DNA of 64,000 nucleotides from Saccostrea echinata (Eukaryota): NCBI RefSeq assembly GCF_033153115.1, contig NW_026889778.1, positions 43,648,001 to 43,712,000 of the forward strand, read 5' to 3'. Shown piece by piece: positions 12,520 to 24,782 of this stretch (position 1 is its first letter; each line of letters starts with the position of its first letter). The notes under the pieces were generated by a model. It saw only the letters and a program-made list of their open reading frames with translations, ran no database searches and was not told where the DNA came from. The position numbers and the translations under genes were made by a program.

Positions 12520-13739
12520 ATGAAGTCAACTTGGTAAGTGTGATGCATTATTAAAAGAATGTACTCTGTACTCATTCAATTAATTTACGGCAATCCCGAT
12601 TTATTCGCATAAATAAATCAATAAATAAATGAATAAATAAAATAAGTGAATGTTTTAAAAAAATGCTGTTATTGCCGTGTCTTATCCTAGCAATCATTTG
12701 AAGATTATCTACCATAAATCAAGAGTCTTACTGTTTATCACGTAAATTTTTAATTTGACTTCAATGCAGTTAGTATTTTTTTTGGCATAGTTTATTTACA
12801 TAATGATAAGAATTCTTTTAACTTCTTATTTAATACCTGATTAAGGAATGAAAAAACAGGAAGAATATTTGTTTTACTTCTGTTTTACATAAAAAAAACC
12901 CTATCAGTTGTGGAATGGATCTCTTCATTTACAGGTTTTTTTTTCGCTCTAATCGTGTTTGGAATCTGTGCCAGTTTGCAAGGTTCAACTTTACGAGACA
13001 GTTCCGCAGTTGAAAATTCCAAGAGCGATTTTAAAAGGTTATGAATATAATGCAAAACAGTACAATATTTATTTTCTTGCTTTTCCTATGTTTTGAAATA
13101 ATATTTTATATAGTTTATNNNNNNNNNNNNNNNNNNNNNNNNNNNNNNNNNNNNNNNNNNNNNNNNNNNNNNNNNNNNNNNNNNNNNNNNNNNNNNNNNN
13201 NNNNNNNNNNNNNNNNNNNNNNNNNNNNNNNNNNNNNNNNNNNNNNNNNNNNNNNNNNNNNNNNNNNNNNNNNNNNNNNNNNNNACATCCTAGTTGAGCT
13301 TATATATTCATAGCAAGAAATATTAATAATTACATGTACAATTAACCGTAATACTCATGCTTTATATCTTTATTCAAATTCATTCAACATCACATCACTT
13401 TATATGTCCCCATTAATCCGTAATTGAATGTGGTTTTTGATTTACAGAGCTGGGGGTGTAAAGTTGACAAAATATGCATTGAGAAAGTTAGCAAGGAGTT
13501 TAAGACGCAGTGATTCACTGGCAAGATATGCTGTGAATCGGTTACAATATTGGTCTGGTGGACGTATCAGCGCTAGCAAAATTATTCAAGTCATAGATGG
13601 TGTAGCAGCTAGACTGAATCGGTATCAAACTGCAACCTGTGGATTTTTCGCAGATGTAGGAGTCTCCCTTGGTATTAATCGTAGTATTGCATATCAAATC
13701 TGCAACGTTGCTATCGATTTACTCGGATTAATTCTGTAA
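12520..13739 (+). CDS. Secreted cationic peptide precursor (candidate antimicrobial/cytolytic peptide); coding exons 12520-12533, 12935-13037, 13448-13739
   Basis: Canonical splice sites: tttag|12506, 12533|gtaagt, tttacag|12935, 13037|gttatg, tttacag|13448. Exons 3-4 join in phase as FFFALIVFGICASLQG-STLRDSSAVENSKSDF-KR-AGGVKLTKYALRKLARSLRR...ICNVAIDLLGLIL*. The exon 2-3 join needs T8 rather than the assembled T9; alternatively ATG 11813 splices in frame directly to exon 3. An N gap lies in the last intron. Confidence 0.8.
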
Positions 13740-15515
13740 AAGCCCATTATAGAAATGAATAACCAAGCATCCTGACGATATTTTGTTGTTCTTTTCTTAT
13801 AACGCTTAAAACGCAAATTTTGGATGAAAATAAGGATGATTGAGTGATGAAAAAAATGAATATTTAGGTGAGTTATTTGGTGCACGTGCTTATCAATTGT
13901 AATCAAAATCATGTATTAGAGGTAACATAGAAAGAAGAAAAATAATTCTTTAACAGAAAAAACGTAAGTAATTTTAATAACCCTTATACCCTGCTCGAGC
14001 GTAAAAAAAGATATGTCAAAAATGTCTTTGACATTACAGACAACACGCAAAATTTCAATGAAGAAAATAACAGTACAATTAAAAATGTTTGATCCATAAT
14101 AGAAACCAATACATATTTATAAATATTATGCTTTCAACGTTAGCAAAACGTATATACATCTTATTACATCCGTTATAAACTTCTGTGGTGTTTTCTCCGC
14201 AAAATATCAAGAAATATGTCTAGTTTTAACTTTTAATGTTTTAAGGTAGCTAAAGACACCTGACCCCCCAAAAACCTCCAAATAGATTTTGTTGAAACTT
14301 TCACATGGCGCAAAGGAATATGTAATGAACATTAAGTGGAAATGTGAACATGGCATTGAGAGTTAATTACAGAATCAGGGGGTAATGAGTTACTTCTCCT
14401 TTACAGTCACTCCAAAAATTAATTTTACTCATAAAAAATTTATGATGCAATATGCATTCAATATTTAAAATAATTTTAAACAATTCTGATACTATAAACT
14501 TATTTTAGCAATGGATTGTCTGAAAAGAAATAAATAAGATAGAATATTGAGAATAAAACTTTATAAATTCAACAAATTTGTCTATTTTCTTGCACACAAA
14601 TTTGACACCTTTTAAATTCTAAAAAAATCTGTCCAATAGAATTAATTTTGTATTTTTTATCATTATATGAAAGATTTGTCTTAAGCCATTCTTCACACAA
14701 AAATCTTGGTCATTTTGAGGACTAATAAAGATACCAATGGTCCACAATTACCCCATCCCACCATCCCTTGTTTTCCTCTTTTGAAAATAAGAATAATGAT
14801 TGTTTAATATAAGTGTTACGTAAAAAATAGAAAAGCAAACTAGAAAAAAAAAACCAATTGAATCAGAAGTACAAAACAATTGATGATTAAATAATTAATA
14901 AAAATATGTATATTATATTTCAGTAATATATTACTTGAACAGAAATGTAATTTTAAAAAAAAAACACACACACATAGAAACTCTTCAGACTTAACAATTT
15001 TGATTACTTTTATGCAAACAAATTCTACATTTTATAATATAAGATCTACTAAAAAAATATCTGTTCAAATAGATTTTTAAATAATATTATTATGGGAAAG
15101 ACTTGTCCAATACTATTCCTCACTCAAAAAACTTGGCCACATTGGGGGCTTATTTACTTAAGGTACCAAATGGTCCAATAACCACCCCTCCTTCCACCCC
15201 ACCCATTCCATTTTCCAGAATTAAAAAAACATGTATGAATAAAAGTTTATGAATTGAGGTGCTTTAGATGACAAGTGCTAAACAATTTTTACAAAGAATG
15301 TACCTCAATTAAATTAATATTAAATTGGTTCTACAAAAACCTTATTTTATGTCAATTTTAGATTATTTTATGTAAGTTTTAAATTATTTTCAACTTGAAT
15401 AGCAGTAGCGATTGAATAGAAGTATTCCGATCCTCCCAAGAAAACAAATATGACCATTATAATGAACTTGAAACACCAATATTATATGCATTTTATATTT
15501 TTTTCATTGCAATGT

Positions 15516-15562
<47 letters not shown>

Positions 15563-15869
15563 TTATTATTATCATGTCAAAAATATATACATCTTTATCA
15601 GAAAAAAAACCTTGGCCAAACTGAGACAAAAAAAAAAATCCATCTGACATAGCAATGCGCAATACACATAATTTTATTGCATAGAATATTAAGAATATCA
15701 TTAAAAATATATGATCAGCACTCTTTCAAATTGATCAGAAGTAATTTCATTCAATCAAACATATATGAGCAGGTAGGATAATAACATTAGTCTAAAGAAA
15801 ATATATTTAAACAGTGCATGTCCTTGACCTGAGACATACATAAATTATACATAAAAATTAAAAACAAAA

Positions 15870-16350
15870 TGACAACGTAAGAACAGCCTGTTACTGCACT
15901 TGACATAAAACTTCACGCAGGACATTTTATATGAAAATGAAAATGAAGAGTCTACATGAATATGTGGAGCAGCTTATTAACAAACCTGACAAACACTCAC
16001 AAAGTAGATAATGCATAAAAAAGAATAGTCTATATATTTAGCGGTCTTAACCGAACCTGACATATCACTTGCACAGTAGATTATGCATATTTTTTTTTTA
16101 AATAATAGTCTGCAGCAGCCTACATGTAGAACCGCACCTGACATTTACAAAACATCCATTTAGTACATTATACAAGAAAAATTAAAACATTCTACATGTG
16201 GAGCGGTCTATTACCACACCAGACATAACACTCACAGAGTAGATTATACATGAAAAAATGGGGAAAAAGTCTATGTGGAGTGGTATGTTACCACTTCAGA
16301 TGTAACACCCAAACAAGAAATAATTTGAAATTGACAAGAAAAGTAGTTTA
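15870..16350. repeat. Degenerate ~78-bp tandem repeat, about 6 units
   Basis: Recurring gtcta..gtggagcggt..acc..cctgacat..cactcacagagtagattat at ~15950, 16028, 16108, 16190, 16269. Confidence 0.6.
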
Positions 16351-16464
16351 TGTTAGATCAGCTTCATCAAGTGATTCTTCACCTGTTTTGGGGAAAATCA
16401 TTCTTTAATCGATCAAGCTGCAGTAGTTGAATCATTATCTATAAACATGATAAATGTATATATA

Positions 16465-17915
16465 TTCCTTTGTAAAACTTAAACTGGTCATAATGGCTCA
16501 CCCCCATCCCACCCCCACCCCGTCATAATTTGAACAAATTTGACACAAGAGTACACAGCCTGATGCTTAAATGTAAATATGACTACTCATGGCTTTGCTG
16601 TTCTTGAAAAGAAGATTTTTCAGTTTTTCCTATATATTCTTATGTAAAACTTTGATCCCCCATCATGGCCCCACCCTATCCCCGGGGGTCATCATTTAAA
16701 CAAACTTGAATCTACACTACCTGAGAATGCTTCCATATCAATATAATGCCCTGTTCACATGGAGAATTTAAATCGCAGTGGATTAATGCGAATAAACTAA
16801 TGCCAATTAAATTGCGTTTTCACATGACAGCTAATGCTAAGTAACTAAAGCGAATTAAAATTTCTTTTCTATAGTAAGGCTCTATTCAGAAAGGTTAGCT
16901 ATTATATGACGTCATTTGCAAATCAAAACACATTATGCAGAGTAGATCCATTTGACATAATATCATAGTGTCTGTACACCTTTTATAGATAGAACGTTCT
17001 ATCGTTAAAATGATATTGTCCTACGGACCCGGTTTAACGATAGAATTCGTTCCGTGTATTGGCAATGTTGCAAAATAAACACGGGCGATAACTCGTACTC
17101 TATGAACAATCTAGAGAGTTCCGAATGTCAACATGGCGTTAAATTTGAAGCGAGGAAAAAACATTGAGAAATTGAGTTGAATTTTCGTATTTATATGGAT
17201 TATTTTTTAGGTAAAAAGACATATACCATCTCAGAAAGGTTTGTTATGATTAATTTGGTTGTTATTTTCAGTGCAACTCCTTTTGTATTTTTCAAAATCA
17301 TTTCGGAGTGGATTCACTCCGATTTGCTACATTGCAAGTATATGGGACGTATTCTAACTGTGGTGAGGGTTTGTCCTGAGACACAGTTTGATTATTCTAA
17401 CTACACCTTTTAGTGATTAGGATAATTTTTCTTTTTTAATAAAAAAATAGCATAGATGCCTACAACATATATAACCATTGATATGTAACATGAAACTTAT
17501 TTCTGGCGTTACACATGCGTCAGAATTTAATTCGAATTCGATTCGTTTAGCATTCACCTAGAGGTAAAGCAAAGTTATATAATGAGCAGTAAACTAATGC
17601 CAATTAAACTAATTTCCATAAAATTCTGCGTGTGAACTCGGTTCAAATTTTTCTTACAGTAACTTACCTGTAATTCGAATAACACTGAGTCTCTTTGTGT
17701 GAAAGGGCATGACTAAACAAGGCTTTGCTGTTCTTGGGAAGAAGTTTTTAAAAGATTTTTTCCTATATATTCCTATGTAAAACTTTGATCCATAATTGTG
17801 GCCTGACCCTCCCCCCGGGGGTCATATTTTGAACAAACTTGAATATACACTACCTGAAAATGCTTCCATATCAAAATGACTAATCATGGCTTTGCTGTTC
17901 TTGAGAAGAAGACAA
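16465..17915. repeat. Oyster Cg170/HindIII-like ~166-bp satellite units, interrupted by an insertion
   Basis: Units gtaaaactttgatcccc..ggccccaccctaccccgggggtcat..ttgaacaaacttgaatctacactacctgag..atgcttcc..gaagaagattttt at 16465-16745 and 17709-17915. Recognised from memory of the oyster satellite. Confidence 0.7.
16748..17708. mobile_element. MITE inserted into the satellite
   Basis: Termini gccctgttcaca / tgtgaaagggc, flanked by AT on both sides. Satellite sequence resumes in register after it. Confidence 0.7.
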
Positions 17916-18372
17916 TGGTTATAAACAGTTTGACATTGCATTTTCTGAGAAAATGAAAATGACTGCGATTCTGGGGAGGAGATGGTCATTGTAATTCGGG
18001 ATCGGATACCTTGTGTTACATGTACTATTATCCTATGGGTTAAAAATATTACAGAAACAAGTGCATATCCCCCGGGGTCATAAAACATCTTAGCCTAGTT
18101 AAATATGTTTATTGAATGAAAGTCAAGAAAAAAAAATGTGCCATCCAACATTTCATCATCAAACTGCTGTTATCTATAAATTAGGTCACATATAACTTTA
18201 CTACATACATTTTTGCAGTTACGACCACAGGGGTTTGCTTCCAGAGTGTAAACAATGTTAATAAAAAAAGAAATATTTGTAGACCTACTAAGTTGTATCA
18301 TCATGTTGGGTTTTAATATATATATATATTTAACATTTCTATTGTTTACATTCCGGGAACAAGCCTTATCTT

Positions 18373-19549
18373 GTGCGATATGAGAGGTCGAAGAAAAGAG
18401 TGAAAGACAAAATAGAGACAACAAGCCGGGGTCATGCTGCTAGTGGACTTTTATCCCTTGCCCGTCCTGAAGACCATGATAGTGATCCAGAGCCCATGGA
18501 TGCAGCTCCCACTGCCCTCAGTTTAGTAGAAAAAGAGAACGAAAGGCTTAAGAAATCTATGGATGCACCGAAAGAGGAGATTGATCATCTGAAAACCAAG
18601 CTTAAGTCAACTGCATTCAAAGTGAAGTCCATCGAAAACAACGACACCAAAACAAACTTTTACACTGGATTACAGACATATGCCCTGTTCATGTTTTTCT
18701 TTAACTTTAAAAGTAATCATGTGTATGGAGGAACATAACTTTCCTTGCAAGAGGAATTGTTCATCACTTTGGTGAAGTTATGCCTTAATTTAGTATTTGA
18801 GGACTTGGCACATCGAGCAGGAGTATCCTACACTACAGCAACCAGAATTTTTTTTTAATAAATGGTTGGACATTCTACATGTTTGATTATCATTTCTTAT
18901 TAAGTGGCCAAGTCGTGAGGCACTTCATGGAAGTCCACCAAATATGTTCAGAAAACATTTTCCTCATGCATCTTGCATCATTGACTGAACTGAAGTATTT
19001 ATTGATAGACCATCATGATTGCTAACAAGGGCCCAGACTTGGTCAAACTACAAGAAACAGAACACTCTCAAGGTCCTTGTTGCTGTTACAACAACAGGAT
19101 CCATTTCATTCTTGTCTAAAGCATTGGGCGGGAAAATTTCTGATTAGGACATTGAGCAAGAAAGTGGCATATTGGACAAGCTAATGCATGGAGACCAGGT
19201 ATTAGCAGACAGGGGATTTGTAAATGAAGAGGATTTTGCCGTGTGAGGTGCTACCTTAGTCATACCCTCATTTACTAGTCATACCCTCATTAACCAAAAG
19301 ACGTAAACAGGTACCAGTAAAGGACTTTGAGGAGTCACGGTGCCTTGCCTCTGGAAGAATCGAAGACGAGGGATGTATTGGACTTCTAAAATCAAAATTT
19401 CAGATACTTAAAGGACCGTACCATTGCCGATAAACTTAGTGAAACGATTAGATGACATTGACTTTGCTAGGGCTGACAAGATTATCTGCGTGTGTGCTTC
19501 CTTGACAAATCTTGGTGAAAGTATAGTAAATAAATACAAAGCAAAGTAA
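18373..19549 (+). pseudogene. ISL2EU/PIF-Harbinger-type DDE transposase (HTH_Tnp_4 + DDE_Tnp_4), decayed
   Basis: Motifs across stops and frameshifts: [108 protein letters not shown]. Confidence 0.9.
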
Positions 19550-19772
19550 CTGTGAGCAGTGTCGTATGTGTATTTTTATTTTGCGCAAAATGACTGTAAT
19601 CTATCAGTTTACATTTGCAAGGAATTACCCTTAATTTGAAATTCATGTCATTTATGATGTATTTTCATATTAATATGTCATGTGTGTCACTCTCTGCTTG
19701 TTTCAATATTCAACTTCAAACACTTTTTTTTTTCAAAGGACAGTAATATTAATGTAATCATGGTATCAGTAA

Positions 19773-20007
19773 GGCCATTTAAAAAAAAATGTTTGCTTGC
19801 CCTCTCCTGACTAACTTAAAAAACCACAGTCTCAAAACTTTATTTTACATCCAAGAAGCAATTTTGTAAGCATTCCAGAAAATATATTTTGAAAATTCAG
19901 AATGGATATTGATATTGTTTAGGGGAAAAAATTCTCACGCACATACCAACACAACTTTTTCATCCTGAGTCGGGAGAGGGCAAGCAAACATTATTCGTAA
20001 GTTGGTC
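19773..20007. mobile_element. Short MITE
   Basis: Inverted repeat aatgtttgcttgccctctcctgact / agtcgggagagggcaagcaaacatt with GGCC..GGTC ends. Confidence 0.65.
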
Positions 20008-21198
20008 AAGATAAATTTTCTAGTATGCAGCTGCCTGCTTGTTGCATGGACCCTGCAGAAAATAAGCGGGGTTAAACCGGATGCCAATGCATTACGTCAA
20101 GATACGCATACGTGAGAATGCTAGAAAGTTCGCCTCTAAGACAACTTGTCCTTAGAACAATTCGCCCTTTTCGAATTAGAATATGCCAATTATAGTCAAA
20201 CCTCGCTCTAAAATCGTGCACAACATATTTATGTATTCTTTGGCGTTACAAAAATCCGAATTTCTCTTTTATACATATATCCTTATATACAAACTAAATT
20301 CTATTGCACAAGCATTTTAAATAAGTAGGAAGAACTTATATAGATAGCTTAACAACTTGAACATGTTGAATTCAACTACTATGTTTGAAAAGATAGTCTT
20401 TACCTTGTTTACCGGTGTAAAGACGAATTATGACCCCCGTAGAATAATGACCGGGGGGGGGGGGTCATAAAAAATGACTCCCTAGCCGTAGAAAAATTTA
20501 ATTTTTTGTAGAAAAAGAACCCTAAGGGTCAGATTTTTATATGTGCAACCTATAAGAAATTGACCCACGACGTTGAAAAATGACCCCCATCGGAACAGAT
20601 TGATGCAAAGTTCAAAAGAGATGATTGATGCCAAGGTTTGGATTCTCTTGGGTTTTTTTTTCTGATTACATGTAATACTAGACGAACACGCAATTAAAAT
20701 TTGTTTAAAAAGATTGCATATGTTTCTTTCTATTAGACCTATTGTGTTAGCCCAAAATTAATATTGCACAATAGATACGTCACAGTGGCTATTGGTAAAA
20801 GGAAAGTCAGGACGATATATTGTTATCGCCAGATCTATTATTTTGTCTGAACATTTTCTCGGACATGACTTTGATAAACTTAATGAAACGTTTCAGAAAT
20901 GACGATCATCAACAGTTACTCTAGATGTTCATTAAACATTTTGATTTTTAAAACTGACCACCGTTGTCATGGGGAAAAAATTGTCAACTAATATTTTCAC
21001 GGTTGGCTTGTGAAATTTTTGTGAAACTTCACAAATGCGTTTACATTTACATGCAAGATTTTCAAAACCGTTTCCATTGCCGTGAAAAACATTGGACAAA
21101 CTTTTTCTCATAAGGAACGAGTGAATTAACGCGCAGAGGTACATGTACAAAACTTTCGTTACAGGATCATTTATGGATCATTGTGTATTTCTGTTGTA

Positions 21199-22284
21199 TG
21201 AGGCGCAGCATTGGTATTTATTGCCATTTAGTAATATCACCTATTCGAATAGGTGATATCACCTGTTTGAAAAGGTGATATCACTCATTCAAATGGAATA
21301 GGTGATATCATCTATTCGAATAAGTTATATCATTTATTCGAATAGGTGATATCACTTTTTGAATTGGTGATATCACCTATTGGAAATGAATAGGTGATAT
21401 CACCTATTTGAATAAGTGATATCATCTTTTTGAGTTGAATAGGTGATATCACCTATTCGAATAGGTGATATAACCTATTCGAATTGGTGATATCACCTTT
21501 TTGTTTTGAATTTGTTATATTACGAATTTGAATTAGTTATATGACCTATCTGCGTTTTTTATAACATTAAAAATGAATGCGAAAAACAAGACAGTCTAGC
21601 TTCAATGCAGAGTAAAGGATAAACATTCAAAACGCCTTCAAAGAGCAGTTTTATTTCCTTCAAAATTGATGAAATTGATTTCATTGCTCTTGCACAAACT
21701 TTTACAAAAAGATAATAAAGTTTCTATGGACTTACTGCACTTAATTTGAGACATACCCTTTAGTATGTCGGCATTGCTTTGATCAAATAAGCTGTAGATT
21801 CTCTGTAAGATCATTTATTTGGCACAAAGAGGAGAGGGGACACTGTTTTAAAGTTAAAAAGTATGCAAAAGAAGACCATAAAATAACCTGTTTGCATAAG
21901 ATAAACTAGATTTCTATTGACCATAAGCAAATTCGGGCAGCCCTTTCCCCCTGCGTTATAGTCCAAGGCATTTAAAACGCCATTTGTTTTTCAATTCCTG
22001 TAAAGTTATATGAATTTCACTTGCAGTCAGTTTTGCTATATTTATTGATACTTTCTCTCTGTTATAATTATCTAAGTGAAAAGAGACTGAACTTTTTACT
22101 TCCTGTATAGAGTAAATGAATGCACTTTAGTCTTTGGAGCAGTTGTTATTTCATACTTAATTTGAGTAAGTGGTATCACCTATTCAAGAAGAGGATATCA
22201 CAAATTCAAAAGCTAAAAAGGTGATATCACACATTCGAAAAGGTAATATCACTTAATTGCGGTAAATACCAAAACGGTCCCTCA
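21199..22284. mobile_element. MITE with TA TSD and an internal palindromic minisatellite (gaataggtGATATCacctattc)
   Basis: TA|tgagg..ttggtatttattgccatt / taattgcggtaaataccaaaacggtccctca|TA. About 14 palindromic ~21-bp units at 21235-21545. The right end is tandemly duplicated (91 bp) to ~22412. Confidence 0.75.
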
Positions 22285-22493
22285 TACTATTGCTTGCAAT
22301 AGCATACATTCTAGTCTTGATCGCCTCGAATAGGTGATATCACTTAATGGCGGTAAATACCAAAACGGTCCCTCATACTATTGCTTGCGATAAAATACAT
22401 TCTAGTCTTGATCCTTTTTATCATTTGTTTCATATTTCGATATTTTACTGATTTATAGACGTTCATGGCCAATTAACAAACGGGTTGACTTTA

Positions 22494-22827
22494 GATTGAT
22501 TGATTGTATGTTGTTTTACGTCCAATTCGAGAATTTTTCGCTCATATAGAGACATCACCATATACTGTTGAAGGGTCTCAAATTCAGACCTTTACTCGGC
22601 ACTCAGGGCCATTGAGCAGTGAGAGATCTTTATCGTGCTAACGCCTGCTGTGACATGGGGCCTCGGTTTTTAAGGTCTCATCCGAAGGACCTGCAACTTT
22701 CACTTCAAAGTGCCGAGCGCCTGGCGAAGAAACAGCTGCTAACTATTTTTAATCGACTTAGGTCAGTCGCGGCCGAGATTCGAACTCACGCCGAGCTCTT
22801 TACCGACTGAGCTACCGTGACGTCGGT
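22494..22827 (-). mobile_element. tRNA-derived SINE with Deu/Nin-type core
   Basis: Minus strand: GGTAGCTCAGTCGGTA A box, GTTCGAATC B box, core ttcggatgagaccttaaaaaccgaggcccc, (CAAT)n tail. TSD actttaga. Confidence 0.88.
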
Positions 22828-22988
22828 AACTTTAGAAGTCTCTAAAAAAGTAATTCTATTTATTTTAAAAATTGTAAGGCATTTTTGCTATATGTCCGAA
22901 AATTACATGTATGTACACTATTTAAATCATTGGCTTAAAAAGGCATTCTGACGCAACTTAATTAACCGGTATATAGACATTGTAAACA

Positions 22989-23027
22989 TCTCTGTCTCTC
23001 TCTTTCTCTCTCTGGACTCTGGATACA

Positions 23028-23063
<36 letters not shown>

Positions 23064-23070
23064 ACTCTGG
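22989..23070. repeat. (CT)n microsatellite with a small internal duplication
   Basis: Directly visible. Confidence 0.9.
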
Positions 23071-24276
23071 ATAGTATAAGCGAAAATTAAAAAAAATCTG
23101 TTTTTTTTTAAACAATGATACATAAGTCAATCAGAATGAAAGCATTTTCACTTAAGGTACATTGTCATTTCACCTTAAAAGACATTTGAAAAATTAAATG
23201 AGAACAACAGATCATCGCTATATCTTCAATTTACCTTAGGTGAGCATTTTGATCCATGGCCCTCTTGATTCATTAGTTCTTAATTTTTTTTAATCCAAAA
23301 AATATATTTCTGGTCGAATCTACCAGGGGTCATTATTCTACGGGGGTCAATTTTCTTCACGTAGGGTATGCAGATTTTAAGGGTGATGCCACTTCTTCTA
23401 TGGGCGAAAGGGTTATTTTTCTACGTCGAATAATGACCGGAAGTCATTTTTCGACGTCGGAAAATGACCCCCTGTCATAATTCTACGGGGGTCATTATTC
23501 GTCTTTACACCGGTGTAACGACGAAAAGTGACCCCCGTAGAATATTGACCGAGGGGTCAAATTTCTCCGTAGAAAAATGCCCCTCCCCCCCCCCCCTGGT
23601 CAATTTTCTACGGCAAATAGGGTCATTTTTCGACCGTAGAAAACCCTTCCAGGCCGGTAATTCTACGACTCCACACACGTTGAAAAATGACCCCCATAGA
23701 AATCTGACCCCCTACTTTTTTACTATATCTTATAACTAAACCTTTAGAAATAAGATGTGATATGCGTTAATCCGATGTTGGGGAGGGTCGGTGAAGGCCT
23801 AGAGTATCCTAGCTTTTTTTCTTTCAAATGTACATTGGGGGAGGAGCAAAGTACCTTCCCCTCCTTACGCCACTTCTCAATACTAGCATCATATACATGT
23901 ACATGCAATGTACGTGTTATGCTTTTTGTTTGCTTGCATCCCACTGAGTATACATNNNNNNNNNNNNNNNNNNNNNNNNNNNNNNNNNNNNNNNNNNNNN
24001 NNNNNNNNNNNNNNNNNNNNNNNNNNNNNNNNNNNNNNNNNNNNNNNNNNNNNNNNNNNNNNNNNNNNNNNNNNNNNNNNNNNNNNNNNNNNNNNNNNNN
24101 NNNNNNNNGGTTTTTCTTCTCACAGGTTTTTTGTTCTGAAAATTATATGATATGTTTCTGAAGACGATATACAATATGGATATGATATCATTAACTGTAA
24201 TTGCTGCTTCATTTTTAATATCATGTGATATCTTTTTCCCTCTTTTAGGTACATTTATCCTTATTTATTACATGAA

Positions 24277-24559
24277 TATTAATACCCCAGCTTCGAAGGA
24301 AATGGGGGGTATACACCTTTGTACCCTGCGAATCTCTCCGTTGTGTGTGCGGGGTGAGTGTTTGTGTCTGTCTGTCTGTCTGAAACAATTTTTTTCGTTG
24401 CAGTTTTCTCTGCAACAACTCATCGCAGATGCTTGAAATATGAATACACTCTTTGGTTCGGCATGCTATACATTGATATTCATTTTGGTACAAATCTCGC
24501 CCGTCTCTCTGTGCGGTTGGGGTATCACTAGAGAGCACTGGCTCATAGATTTCTTGTTT
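24277..24559. mobile_element. HINE/Helentron-type non-autonomous element
   Basis: 5' hairpin atacccc..ggggtat, GTCT microsatellite, 3' ggggtat copy and ..ttcttgttt end. Confidence 0.6.
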
Positions 24560-24714
24560 CCCCTGTAATTTGTGTACTTACAATTACTGTCTGTAGAATT
24601 ATATTATCTCTATTGTAGGGAAAAAACGAATGTATCTAAGTAACGTTAACTACATGTATGAAACACTATATATATTGATTGTATCAGGATCGCTATATGA
24701 AAAACACTGATAGT

Positions 24715-24750
24715 CTCTAACAAAAAAAAAAACCAACAAAAAACAAAAAA

Positions 24751-24782
<32 letters not shown>

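Larger units (their letters stand above)
20416..23509. mobile_element. Ginger1-like non-autonomous DNA transposon A
   Basis: CCGG|TGTAAAGACGAA...TTCGTCTTTACA|CCGG with subterminal tgacccccgtagaa repeats. TGT..ACA ends with CCGG TSD are the described Ginger1 signature. Confidence 0.8.

Noticed and set aside
14241-15230. Crypton-like element starting TTAAGGTAG with a diverged ~420-bp internal duplication
   Set aside because: No matching right end found, so boundaries cannot be supported.
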